Origin: Felis catus
Lineage: Eukaryota
Length of the DNA: 64,000 nt
Direction of reading: 5' to 3'
Assembly (NCBI RefSeq): GCF_018350175.1
Contig: NC_058368.1
Coordinates: 216,258,001 to 216,322,000, forward strand
Of this stretch, positions 13,400 to 25,639 are shown piece by piece; position 1 is the stretch's first letter; each line of letters begins with the position of its first letter. Below the pieces are notes generated by a model. It saw only the letters and a program-made list of their open reading frames with translations, was not told the origin of the DNA and searched no databases. Made by a program: the position numbers and the translations under genes.

Positions 13400-14150
13400 A
13401 TAAAGAAGTAGCCAGAACATTCAGGGTATCATTTAGGATATTTCGTATGACAATGAAGGGTTCCTTGTGAGTGCAAACACCAGACTTAGAAGGCTTTCTG
13501 GAAGAATCTGTGGCTGAAACGAGGAAGTGACACACTTTGAGGTATGGGAAGAGGGATAAAAGAGCACATTATATGAATGAAACAGTGTATGTAAAACCTG
13601 TGATGCCATACAAAAGTTGTTATATTCAAGGATCTGGAAGATGTTCCTTGTAACTTGAAATAGAGTTTGAGTGAGGGTGTGGCGTGACAGAAGTGTATTT
13701 GTAAAATGATCCATGCTCGAGGACATTAACAATTCTGTCATAGAATTCATCCTAAAGCTAAGGGAAATAAGGAGTCATAAATGCATCTTAGAAAGACCAT
13801 TCTGATTGCAGTATAAAACCGAATGGATGAACACCAAAGAGAGAAAGGAAAGCACTTTAAGAGTATATGTGAGTAAGCCAAGAAATAAATCGTAGCTTGC
13901 TCTGATTGGCAATGGCAATGAAGAATAGACAACAGTAGAGGTGGTCAACAGGTGACTGGAGGATAAACTCATTAGAAATTGGAATTAACTGAATATACAG
14001 TGGCTTGGGGTAATGGAGGAATAAAGGATGTGTTCAAAGTTATTGGCTTGTGCATCTAAATTAATGAAAAACAAATCTATGAGATAAGAAACTCATTGTG
14101 GAAGACAAGAATGTGGCTTTAGTTTTGTTCATGCTTTGTTAATTGAATGT
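13400..14150 (-). mobile_element. Degenerate L2 fragment
   Basis: tgcatcttagaaagaccattctgattgcagt, ggaataaaggatg...aagttattggcttg and tagttttgttcatgct are typical of antisense L2. Confidence 0.65.
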
Positions 14151-14190
14151 AGGTAGGCAAAAGCTACACCAAATGCTTTCATTTATTTGC

Positions 14191-14196
<6 letters not shown>

Positions 14197-14226
<30 letters not shown>
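14197..14226. repeat. (TA)15 microsatellite
   Basis: Read directly from the sequence. Confidence 0.95.
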
Positions 14227-14232
<6 letters not shown>

Positions 14233-14329
14233 GAAATTTATAAGGGATAATAGTTTAAAAAGCCTGAACACATAAAACTTAAGAGTTATAAAATAAAAGC
14301 AATAAACTTAAAATATGTGGGGCATTTTT

Positions 14330-14547
14330 TTTAATTTTTTTTCCACATTTTTATTTATTTTTGGGACAGAGAGAGACAGAGCATGAACGGGGGAGGGGCA
14401 GAGAGAGAGGGAGACACAGAATCGGAAGCAGGCTCCAGGCTCTGAGCCATCAGCCCACAGCCTGACGCGGGGCTCGAACTCACGGACTGCGAGATCGTGA
14501 CCTGGCTGAAGTCGGATGCTTAACCGACTGCACCACCCAGGCGCCCC
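14330..14547 (-). mobile_element. Young SINEC_Fc
   Basis: gagccatcagccc and cgagatcgtgacctggctgaagtcgg diagnostics. TSD atgtggggcattttt at 14315-14329 and 14548-14562. Confidence 0.97.
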
Positions 14548-16934
14548 ATGTGGGGCATTTTTAATAGACACACACCATGGTAAAATATGTGAGTATCTCC
14601 AAAAAGACTTAAACTTTAGAAAATTTGATATGAAAAAAAACGGCAGTTCTAAAGACCAACATTAGCCTGGGGACCAAATCCACAAGAGATGTTGAGCTGT
14701 TGTAGCAAATATATAGAATGAGAAGAAAGAAGGACCAAGGAGTAAACCATGAAAGTCAGCATTCTAGAAATACCTTAGTTGGCATCATCATAGCTTTGAC
14801 TTAGGCATTACTCCTTGAAACTTCTCTTTTCTTCCTATGGCGTCAGTGACAACACAATCTAATGATGTTTTTCTGTCTATCCTATCTGTATATTCAGAAA
14901 AATGCAAATCTGAATGTTATATAGCTTATAGGTTCAGATATAAAGGTAATACTATAGTGCATACGTTTATTATTATTAGCAGCAATGCTTAAATCTTTAC
15001 TTTTTGAATTCTAATGGAGGTTTTTAATGAATCAATGTAACTATTTGTACTTCTATACCATTTCTTTGATTTTTTATTATGTGATGTTTAATACACATGC
15101 TATTCTTATGAAATATCATTCTAGAGTATTAGAATATTGAAAATCCAAGGTGGTTTACTTTAAACCATGAACACCCAGATAGAAATTATAACCATTATTA
15201 TTATGAAATACAGAAATTGATCTGGGATAGCACAGGGAGTTGAAATTATTATCACAGTGCTCACAGACCGAGTATACCAAAACAAATTATGATAAAATTT
15301 TTATTAAAATTAGATTGTGCTTTGGCATTTTAGTAGTAGGATTACATTAATAAAGTTGTTTTATTTAGGAAACTGAAAAAGAACTGATTGAAAGAGTAAT
15401 AGTCTTACAGGCCAGGTTTATTCTTGGCTACAAAATTTCTACGTGTTATAAATTAAATTTTGAGCGTAAAAATGTGTTTAGATAGCTAAAGATATCCGTA
15501 TCAATATCAATACCGTTATAGACATAGATAAAGCTACCTACATTAAAATATGTCATTTACAAGGTCCTCTGAGATTAGAAACTGAACTGAAATACAACCA
15601 GAAAAAGTGTAAACAAAAAACCTAATATATGCTACACTGATATTATCAACTTAGTATACCTATTGATAAGCATCTTCCACTGAAGGAGGAGTGAGATTTG
15701 CTTTGTTATAATGCTTTTACTTTTAGCTATCCCCAAACTTTTTATCGCGCAAATATTATGGGAAACACAGTAATTTTTTTTCTGTCCTAATGGAAGCTTT
15801 TGAAAGATTGAAGAATAAAATACGAAGAATACAGAAGCAATGAAATTCAGCTAAACTATACCAGCATGAACAGCTGGAAGTAAGGAAAGCAATACTGAAG
15901 GCAGGGAAGAAACAGTGATTGATATCCTTGTTGGAAAGATGGATGAGATCAGTCTGACAGTTTCTGTCTAAAATTGAATTTCCTGCTACTCAAGCAACTT
16001 AATTTCATTTATGTTGCTCTCTTTCTTTTTTTTTTTTTTAATACCATGACTCTACAGAACGTACTTCAAAAGGTGGTTTTTTATCTCTGTAACTTTGTAA
16101 TTAAAATATGAACGTTCAAAAACGATTTTTTCCTTGAGTAATGTTGTGTTGTTTTCTTTGTGTTCCTACTTGGAAAGGAGTATGCTTTATATTCTTCGCT
16201 TAGGGTCAATATATCCAGTATATGTCTTAGGTTGAAAACACAACAGACACGCATCTGTCTTTGAAGTTGTCATTTGTCTTTCTTGCCTGTATTTTCAAGG
16301 CAGGTATCTCCTGAGAAGACTAAGTGACATAACAGGAAATCAGCAGGAAATCTAAGCTCCATGTTCTATGTGTTAATGCATCAAACATGCCAACATTAAA
16401 ATGAGGAATGACTTCTTGGGAGGAAGATTAGAGTATGTTTTCAAAAGGAAAGCAGTCCTGCGTGAATTATATTTCTTGCTTAGAGACCAAATGCAAAAAT
16501 TAAACTGTATTGTTAATGTACTTGCCACAGAGACATAAGAACCTACTTTCTGTTTTCATAGCATAATAATATAGTTTGTTAATGAATTCTTCTTTGCTTA
16601 TCTTTTCCAATCCTGTGGGATGTCTGAAGTTGAAAATTACACCCTGATTAGTGAAAGAAGCCGAGTTAAGAAATAAGAAGTGCTTTCAGAATCTGTATAA
16701 TTAAATTATCACAGACCAAGTGTTAAGCACTAAAGGGAATATTTACACTATTTTTTTTTTTTGGTCTCATGAAACATAACCTGGTATAAAAAAAGTAAAG
16801 GAAATATGAAGCAATTTTGACCTATGAAGTTATGCACTTAAGATTGGTCATATGAGTGTATATTTTTAAGCATCACTATTAAAAACAAAAAAATAAGGAA
16901 TAATCTTTGAGAGGTTTCCAGAGTTGTATTTGTT

Positions 16935-17278
16935 AATTAAGTAAGTGTTCATTCAGTACCAAACATGCTCAACTCTGCTACAGTGAGATATACAAGACGG
17001 TCAAGGCCATTACCTGCAAGAATAATTGCTTAGCCTCTTTCATTTTATCCTCATTAACATGGGGGAGGGTTAGAGACAGCAACTTAACAATAAAATGAAC
17101 AAAATTAAGCAACACTTAACTCATAGTAAAATAAGGGGGCTGGGGAGAAAAGTATGATTTCTAGATATGTGTTCTGTACATCTGGAGGAGATTATATCAT
17201 TTGCTGAGATTAAGAAAATGAGGAGGGAAGCGAATTTGGAGGGTTGGAATCAAAACTCTTATTGGGACATGCTAAATA
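16935..17278 (-). mobile_element. L2 fragments
   Basis: 3'-end-like segment near 16935-17030, plus catttgctgagattaagaaa...ttgggacatgctaaat. Confidence 0.5.
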
Positions 17279-17399
17279 ATAAAGATGAACCCCAGACCAA
17301 AAGACAATCAATCAGTCAATCAATCAATCAACCAACAGACTGACCCAGTCTTGATCTCTTCTGTCAAGAAAAAATATACTTCCTAACCTCGCTGGCCTG

Positions 17400-17828
17400 T
17401 TTGGAATACGGATTACATGTTTAAGCCAATTGGATTCCTGTCCCCAGACGGTGTACTCATCCCTCAGCTGGATAAATCTTGGCTGCCAAGGTCTCACACT
17501 GTCTTCTTTGGAAAATTGCCCTCATCAGCTCTAGAGGGGAATGATACCATGTCACAGGGTTCAACACCAATAGGTTATAGAAGGATGGGATACAGAAGCT
17601 TAACGGCCAACTTTAAGGTTGGACTACCTCCTTGGAGTAAATCATGCTCCACCGTGCCTGTGGCACCAGGCTGAAGGCACTCTCGGGCACAGACCACATC
17701 CTTGCCTAGCCTCTTCTTTCTTCCCTGTCTCGCTTCCCTCAGCACTCTTCTCCTGAGAGTTTTTTAAAGCAACACTTTCACAGAAAGCACCAGCTCAGGC
17801 CCCGCTTCTAAGGAAACTGATTTAAGAT
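17400..17828 (+). mobile_element. LTR16-like ERVL solo LTR
   Basis: gaaaattgccctc...caggctgaaggc...ctcgcttccctc...tcctgagag...ctcaggccccgcttctaaggaaactgatttaagat resembles LTR16A, including its 3' end. Confidence 0.75.
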
Positions 17829-19669
17829 GCTAGTGTAATCCAATTTCTGCGAAGGAAACAAGATAATGGGCTTCTAAGACTGAGGTGTACCCCCGACAAT
17901 AAACAAATCGGCAAATAAAGCTCCAGATTCTGCGAGGTCCGCTTGCAAAGGCATTCCGACTCTTAAGACTTCGCCATGTAGATTATATTGCTTTTCTTTA
18001 ACTTATTATACTTCCTTCGGCAGTTCTTTATTATCTAACATATTCCAAATACGCCAATGCCCCTTGCACTATGTAAGCCTCTAAGGAACAGAATATATGA
18101 TTCAAAAAAGCGTACTCAAAAAATGGCATCATTCCTTGTTCCTATAAATGTGATTTCATTAAGCAAGCAAAACTCATTTTTGGAATTTTTCAAATATTAT
18201 TTAACTGAAATTTTTTTTCTATAATTTGTATTTAGAGAAATAATTCATGAAACTCAGGTTATAAAACCTTGATTCCTGTTTAGAATTTAATCTTACATAG
18301 TTCCTTGTCCTTGTATTTGCTATAATTAGTGCATCCTCATAAATGGAATATTTATCACAGACTTTTTAAAAAACAAAGTGGTAATGAATGAAAATCTGTG
18401 ATTCTCCACATTCCTTTTCCCAGCTTATGTAACACTCCTTACAGTTATTTGGGGGTGGGGAGGTGGTAGAATATAATCACTTGTGTAACTACAACCTCAC
18501 ATTGGGAGACTGTGCTGTTTCCTTTTTTTTCTTCTTCTTTCTCAATTAAATTGAGAAATTACAAAGCAGCAAAACGTTGCAGCTAATCTGCTGGGGAAAA
18601 ATTATACGCATATAAAGTAAAATATACTGCCTTTTTCATGAATAGTGTGTGAGCTATTTGAAAATTTTATGCCATTAGCACTTTCAATATGTCATTAACC
18701 CAGAAAATAAGAAGGAGTAATGAAAATCATTAAAAGCAGTTGAGTGTCCTGCTGTAGCCTGGCCAATAAGAGCATAAAGAATGAGAAACAGAGCAAGACA
18801 TTCTATTACATTACAATGTGGCAGAGCTGTGTCTAAAAGGGAGATTCTCTATCATCTACCTACCTATCTATCTATCTAATCAATCTGTCTGTCTACAGAT
18901 TTTTTATAAAAGTTTTCTGCTTCCATACTCTCTTTCTATATATAGGACAAAAGAAGGTATTTAAATTTTAGACAGGATTACCAAGTGCCAGTCATAAAAA
19001 TGTCAGCTAACTCTAATGTAAAGGTCATTATTCTTAATTTTGAGGCATTGAGAACATCACACTCTATATATCCTCCTAAAACTTACCTGTCACAACCTTC
19101 TAGACTACTACGTTTAGGTGAGGTTTGCTTTTAAGAGAACAATTGTGAACAAAGACACTGAGAAGGGCAAGCATGCAGTAGTTCCTTCTGTTCTGGCTGC
19201 AAAATTTATGGACTGTTTATTGTGTTACGAGACATAAGACTTTTTTTTTTCTCTTGCCTTGTAAGTACTGGCAACTACTTTTTCTTAGCCAAAATTCTTT
19301 TTCTTACAGATTGCCTATGGATACACTTCAGCAATGACAAACCCACAAAACTCTCTGAATTGCTAGATATTAAACTGACTTTGATATAAACCAGTTATGA
19401 TTCTGTACTGTGCCTGCAAATATATCAGCTTTATTATGGATAGTAGACTGAAGGGAGATTCACGACTGCCACTACATTACTTAGTACATTTCACAATAAA
19501 TTAATAGAAATTAATGCTTTCTTTTTTTGGCTTTGTTTCTCTAAAGACTCCTAATGCAAGAGTTAAAGAAAATACTTGGAGAAATTTATAAGGCAAAGAC
19601 AAAGGAAACAAAACTGAACAGGGGCAAGGCTTTTAGGTGTTGACAATTCAAAAACAGATATGGGATTAA

Positions 19670-20198
19670 CCTGAGAGAACTACCCCACATATAAATTATT
19701 ATTATTATATATATATATTAAATTTCTCTCTATATAAAGAAATTTTTTTATAAAGAAATTTATTATAAGAAATTGGATCACAGGGTGACTGGCTGGCTCA
19801 GCCAGTAGAGTGCATGCCTCTTGGTCTCAGGGTCATGAATTCAAGCACATGTTGGGTGTGGAACTTAGAAAAGAAAGAGAGAAAGAAGGAAGGAGGGAAG
19901 GAAGGAAGGAAGGAAGGAAGGAAGGAAGGAAGGAAGGAGAAAGAAAGGAGAAAGAAAGAAAGAAATTAGCTCACAAGATTATGAAGGTTGGCAAGTCCCA
20001 AGATCTGCAGAAAGAGTTAGCAAGCTCAACCCAGGACAGCTGATGGTTTAGTTCCAATCTGAGTCTGAAGGCCTGACTAAATGTGAAAACAAAAACCAAC
20101 CAACCAGACAAAGAATTCACAGAAACAGAGTAATGTTTGACCCAACTTCTGGGTACCTGATAGCTCAGTTGAGGTGATACATACAATTAACCATCACA
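19670..20198 (-). mobile_element. MLT2-type ERVL LTR (3' LTR of a remnant provirus, internally deleted)
   Basis: tattataagaaattggctcacaagattatg...aagtcccaagatctgcag...gtctgaaggcctga. Terminus aattaaccatcaca is the reverse complement of TGTGATGGTTAAT. Confidence 0.85.
19783..19959 (+). mobile_element. Short CanSINE (SINEC_c-like) with tail expanded to (GGAA)n/(AAAG)n, inserted in MLT2
   Basis: ggctggctcagccagtagag...gaattcaagcacatgttgggtgt. TSD aagaaatt(g/a)g(a/c)tcaca at 19767-19782 and 19960-19975. Confidence 0.88.
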
Positions 20199-20420
20199 AG
20201 CAAACCTCTTGTCTACTTGGCACTCACACACATCTCCTTAAATCATAGACTCAATCTCCAAATGAAGTCAATAACAATGCTATAATCCTGCCTAATAAGA
20301 AACAGCTACCCTGTGAACAACCAAAACACACTACCTTTTCCCCCCAACAAGGAGGTATAGTCCTTGAGTGATATTTCCTCTTTTCCTTGATATCCCATAA
20401 TTTAAATAGTATGATATACA

Positions 20421-20467
<47 letters not shown>

Positions 20468-21173
20468 GCATATTTATAGCCAAATAAGAAGGATATTTTC
20501 ATAACGTTTACAGTTTTCTTTTTTCTAACTGGTCACATGGTTGTAGCTGGTGTTTGTTACTACCTTCTTCCACTACTGATTGTGTATTTCATTAGCTTTC
20601 AACACCAACTCAACTGATTGTGGTGTTTTACCTGATGGGATGACCCAAACCTTCATTCCACAAAGGTCTGGGTCATTAGTCTTGCCTAAATTGGTCCGTC
20701 ATTGATCTTAATCACAGAGCATGCTAGGAATAAGAAATACCCGAAGGAATCTCCTACATTAACAGTCTAATTTCTCCTTGGTAGCCAGGATCAACTAGAA
20801 CACAGTAACTCCCTTTTTTGTCTGTTGATTCAGAAACCAAAATGGCCAGTGACAGTCTTAACATCTAATTCATGGAAAGACTGCTGTGTCTCCTGGTGGA
20901 AGAATTCCTTTCTGACAGCTCTAGGCCAGTAGAACATAATAATGTACAAACAAGAAGCATACGTTTTGCTAGCACATTACTAGGGGTAATATAAAATGGT
21001 GTCACTATGATTTTCATTTTTTGATTCCTGGACTCATGAATATGGCAGAAAAATGGCAACATATGTTGGAAACTGATTCAGAGCGTTTACAGTCTTGTGT
21101 AGAACCTTGCTTCAGTCTTGCAAGGTAAACTACTAGCTGGCACTATAAATGAGTATTTAAATGACCATGCCAC
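20199..21173 (-). mobile_element. ERVL internal remnant (integrase C-terminus, dUTPase region and 3' end of pol; pseudogenised)
   Basis: ORF 20865-21062 IHESRNQ...ITPSNVLAK..LLV..LCSTGLE matches ERVL IHGSRNQG...TITPSDPLAKFLLPV..LCSAGLE. GGAATGAAGGTTTGGGTCA and GAAGAAGGTAGT...CCAGCTACAACCATGTGACCAG match the ERVL pol end. A PPT-like tract abuts the LTR. Confidence 0.88.
20414..20466. repeat. (GC)5(AC)n alternating purine-pyrimidine microsatellite
   Basis: Read directly from the sequence. Confidence 0.95.
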
Positions 21174-21529
21174 CCTCTTCAAGGACCTAGGACCCATCCC
21201 TTTGAAATGTAAACATCAAGAAAGATAATACCTTTATTTCCCAGTTTCTGAGAGAGGACAAGAACCTAACTTCAGTAAATGCCTTGCTCCAAGTTGTAAG
21301 ACTGCCTTCTGCCATAATGATCGGAGAAAGTTTGCTTCTGGATAAAGCCAATTAGCAAATATAAGATAACTTATTTGATTTCCCACCCCAGCTCTTAAAA
21401 ACTCTCCAATCCTTTGTTTTAGTGTAGTTGAGCTGGGCTAAATTCTGTCTTTTCTCCCTTATGGAAAAAGTCTTAAATAAAGTCTTTCCTGCATGTGTAA
21501 CTTTATCCGGTACAATTTTTTCTTTGATA
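21174..21529 (+). mobile_element. ERV1 LTR 3' portion (MER34-like)
   Basis: tttgaaatgtaaacatcaag...ttgctccaagttgtaa...aataaagtctttcctg...tacaattttttctttgata. Confidence 0.7.
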
Positions 21530-22228
21530 ATATGGAAAGAAGAGTGACAGTAAGGTCACTCCAGTAGAAAATAATGTGGTGTTTTAAGGAACAAAAATGC
21601 TAGCATGATCCTGCATATTGAATAAAAGATCTGTGGAATAAGATGATAGGTGTAATTAGTATCAAGCAATTTAGGTTTTTTTACTGGTTCTTTTCGCAAC
21701 TAGAAACTATTTGAGGATTGATTACTAGTTAATAAAAACACCTGGATTGTTTTTCATGGTGCATTTTGGTTGTTATATAATAAATGGACTTTAATATTCC
21801 AATAGCAGAAGGAAAGATATCAGTTTGGCCATAATCGCCGTAATTCAGGTGATATGTACTAATTATTGGCTTACGGCATTATTGTCCTGAACGCGGAAAG
21901 AATGAGAAAAACTCTACAGTTATTTTGAAGGTGGAATGGCTTATAGACTTGAATAGAAAGATAAGGGAAAATAAAGTATTTTTCCTAAAAAAGACTCTAT
22001 CATCTGATTCAACTAAAATTATGTTCAACACTAATAAAAGAGAGGCTTAGAAGTAACAGTGGCTTAGAAGATAGAAGCTTATTTCTCTGTCATATAAACT
22101 TCAGAAATGAACTCAAGTCTATGTTTTGCATACTTCCCAGGAACCCTGGTTGTTTACAGCTCCCTGAACTTTCCTTCATCTTCATGATCTGAGGTGACAA
22201 CATTTTCATCACAGAAAGCAATGTGAAT

Positions 22229-22397
22229 GGGGAAGAAGGAGGAGAAGAAGGAGGAGAAAGAGGAGGAGGAGGGGGAGGAGGGGAAGAAGGAGGAGGAAGA
22301 GAAGAAAAGGCGAAAGAGAGGAAGGGAGAGGGGAGAGGGAGAAGAAAGAAAAGTAGAAGAAGGAGGAGGAGGAGATAAAGAGATGAAGAAGAAGAAG

Positions 22398-22427
<30 letters not shown>
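22229..22427 (+). repeat. Polypurine (GGA/GAA)n tract ending in (GAA)14
   Basis: Read directly. It explains the K/E-rich and S/P-rich ORFs in the track. Confidence 0.95.
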
Positions 22428-22429
<2 letters not shown>

Positions 22430-22432
22430 TTG

Positions 22433-22644
22433 TTTAATTTTTTTAAATGTTTATTTTTGAGAGAATGCGAGGGAGCAGGACAGGGACAGAGAATGAGAGA
22501 GACAGAGAATCCCAAGCAGGCTCCGTGCTGTCAGTACAGAGCCTGACGTGGGGCACAAACCCACTTACCCTCACGTACCATGACATCATGACCTGAGATG
22601 ACATTATGAGTCAGTCCCTTAACGGACTGAGCCACCCAGGCGCC
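22433..22644 (-). mobile_element. CanSINE (older, SINEC_b-like)
   Basis: gagaatcccaagcaggctcc...gactgagccacccaggcgcc. Confidence 0.92.
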
Positions 22645-23123
22645 ACTCAATAGACAGAATTTAGATACATGGCCACATGTAACTAATATATATTTTTCTG
22701 TCAGTGAGACTGGCTAAAATTCCATTGGAAAGGAAGACATGGAGAGCAGAAGTTGTAATACAAAAAGGAGATTTAGTAAAACACTTGATCACAGCTACTT
22801 AATTTTACTCAGCCATGGATATTGGCACATAGATTGCCAGACAGTTTAAATCCATATAATTATCATCCTAATCTGAGATTACATAATATGCTAGCAAAAG
22901 TCAGTCCCTCAATCTCATATTTGAGTATTACAACATTGGGATGATTAAACTGACCGTATCCTGGTGATAAGGTAACAGACAAAGGAGACTTTGATAAATG
23001 TTGGACACAGGAGAAAGGAGAGAGATCAGAATAGAGAGAGAATCTTAGTGACATTGCAAAATAGCTTCCATTTCCTTTTTTCCCATGATTCTCTCTTTGT
23101 CTAAATTTTGAGCTTGATTTTTC

Positions 23124-23314
23124 TTCTTTAATTTTTTAAAAAAAATTATGTTACTTATTTTTGAGAGAAAGAGAGAGGGAGACACAGAATCTGAGGCAGG
23201 CTCCAGGCTTTGAGTTCAACACAGAGCCCAACCCGGGGCTTGAACCCATAAACCGTGAGATTGTGACCTGAACTGAAGTCAGACACTTAACCGACTGAGG
23301 CACCCAGGCACCCC
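23124..23314 (-). mobile_element. CanSINE
   Basis: Perfect TSD tgagcttgatttttc at 23109-23123 and 23315-23329. Confidence 0.94.
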
Positions 23315-23914
23315 TGAGCTTGATTTTTCAATAATCAATAATTGGAAGAATATTAAAACAACATTCATAAGGGAAGATTAATATAATGGAAATATGTTTT
23401 AAATATAAGCCAAGGTATTAAAGTAACATTAACAAAATCAAAAGTTTTATATACTTTGAAAAATCAAATCCTGGATTTAAAAATGAAAGAAATTCTGAAT
23501 GGTTCAGTGACTAAAATAATACAATGAAATTATACATAATTTTATGATCAAATTTAGATAGCATCACTATACTTCTAAATATATATTCCTATATATCTAT
23601 ATAAAGCTAATTTAAGAAATTAAAAATGTGATGTGTTTCTTGTCAATTAAGAATTTGAAACAATTGTTAAGAATTGTTATAGAGATGAGTATTGTGTTAA
23701 AAATATTTGTCAAATACCCATGAAAAATATAATTCCCTTTGTATACAAAATTGTTGAAGTTATATTAAAAATGAAAATTTTCATTAGAGTTTATATTAAT
23801 GTATTGTTTTGTTGGTTGGGTTTTTCATAAAACATATGAAAATATAGTAATTCCTGTGAAAAAAGGAGAAAGGAAAAGTAATGTTTATATTTGATATAAA
23901 ATATACCAAACTTT

Positions 23915-24166
23915 TCCGCAGTTTTATTGAGATATAATTGACATTTCATGTTGTATAAGTTTAAGATGCAGAAAGTGTTGATGTGATACATTTATATATT
24001 GCAAAATTATTACCACCATAGTGTTGGCTAGCACCTCCATTGTGTCACCTAACCTAATTACCATTTCGTCTTTTTGTTGTTGTAAGTACATTTAAGAGCT
24101 ACTCACTTAGCAACTTTCAAGTCTATAGTACAATATTATCTGTTATCATTATGCTGTGCTTAGACC
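23915..24166 (-). mobile_element. L1 3' end (L1MA9/L1_Carn-like)
   Basis: cagttttattgagatataattgaca...gtataagtttaag...cttagcaactttcaagt...tacaatattat. Confidence 0.85.
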
Positions 24167-24169
24167 ACA

Positions 24170-24800
24170 AAATCCTAACTTATAAATGCTGTTATAGGAA
24201 ATTAATAGGAAGACCTCTACAAAAGTCTCATAATGGCATCACAATCATCATGTACAAACTGCATGTGAAAAACATAACATTCTAGAAAGACCTCCCTTAT
24301 ATTCTTGGCTAAAATAAAATGTCACTTAAAATATTGAAATTCTTACTAACCTGATCTCTAAATTCACTACAATCTCCATCAAAAATCCATTTTTTTTTCA
24401 GAAATTGAATGCATATGTTCTGAAATGTCTGTGAAGAAGTATGTAGAAAAATCTGGCAAAACTGAGCAAAGAAGGAAGATGATTTCTAAAAGATATTACA
24501 TATTTCATGGCTGAAGTAATTTTAAACCTATAATGATACCAAAGAAGGAGACTAACAAATGGAAGAAGGCAAAGATCCATGTTTATATGGAAACCTGGTA
24601 TACAATAGAGTACTACTTAGTGAGACAAGATACAATATTTAATCAATAACGTTCAGAAAATTGATTAATTCTATGGGAGAAAAGAAAATTGGTTCTGTGC
24701 TTTGCAGAAGGAATAAAAATAAACTCCAGATATAATAATAAAACAAACTAACCAAAATAAATGTAAGGTGAGTAAGCATTTTCTAAACAATGCACAAGAA
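24170..24800 (+). mobile_element. Old L1 (L1ME-like) ORF2 fragment
   Basis: aaattcactacaatctccatcaaaaatcca...cagaaattga...atatggaaacctggtatac...aaaaataaactccagat. Confidence 0.65.
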
Positions 24801-24844
24801 GTGAAAATCATTATAGATCCTTCTAGATCAATATAAATACTTGG

Positions 24845-25400
24845 GTTCTAAATCTGAGTGAGATAAAAAGTCATGGAATAGTTTTAAGCAGGATGATATG
24901 ATGTGACTTAGGTTTTAAAGGACCACTGTGTCTGCAGCGTTGCGAATGGGCCCTAATAAAACAGAGATGGAAGAAAAAAGCTAAGTGATGGGAGCATCAT
25001 ATCAGTCCAGTGGTTAGACGTCCTGGTTCACTAGGATAGGTAGCAAAGGTTATGAGAAGTAGTTGTTTTTATGTCCTACTTGGAAATTAGAGCTAATGAT
25101 ATTTCTTGAAATGTCTGATATGGAGGTCTGAAGGAAACAAGAGAGGAAAAATGATACATTTTTGGCCCGAGAGACTTACAGAATAAGGTTGTCAAAGGTG
25201 GGAAGACTGCAAGATGTACGAGGTGTGGTGGAGAAATGGGAAACTCATTTTGGATGCTGTTAAATTTAAATGTCTTTTTGAGTGGAGATATTTGAGTTTA
25301 AAGTTCAAAACAGAAGTTTTCATAATGTAAATTTAAGAATCATCAAAATGTAGATTATAGTCAGAGATTTGGGTGAAATTAGCGTTGTCAAGAGTCGAGA
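24845..25400 (-). mobile_element. L2 fragment
   Basis: gttttaagcaggatgatatgatgtgacttaggttttaaaggaccactgtgtctgc...cattttggatgctgttaaattta. Confidence 0.75.
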
Positions 25401-25442
25401 CAGAAGAAAGAGAAGATCAAGATTCCTATCTTTCACACTCAA

Positions 25443-25534
25443 TTTCTTTTCTTTTCTTTTCTTTTCTTTTCTTTTCTTTTCTTTTCTTTTCTTTTCTTTT
25501 CTTTTCTTTTCTCTTTCTTTCTTCTTTTCTTTTC

Positions 25535-25565
<31 letters not shown>

Positions 25566-25639
25566 CTTTTCTTTTTTCCTTTCTTTTCTTTCCTTTCTTT
25601 TCTTTCCTTTCCTTTCCTTTCTTTTCCTTTCCTTTCCTT
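25443..25639. repeat. (TTTTC)n/(TTTCC)n pure polypyrimidine tract, 197 nt
   Basis: No purine on the + strand across the interval. Confidence 0.97.

Larger units (their letters stand above)
22015..22760 (-). mobile_element. LTR33-like LTR interrupted by a purine repeat and a SINE
   Basis: aacagtggcttagaagatagaagcttatttctctgtcat, resuming after the SINE as gacagaatttagatacatggccaca. Confidence 0.6.

Noticed and set aside
19310..19395. Strong acceptor TTTTTCTTACAG
   Set aside because: Downstream frames hit early stops and there is no good donor.
22090..22515. 141-aa Ser/Pro/Leu ORF and 77-aa Glu/Lys ORF
   Set aside because: Products of the GAA/GGA simple repeat plus a SINE.
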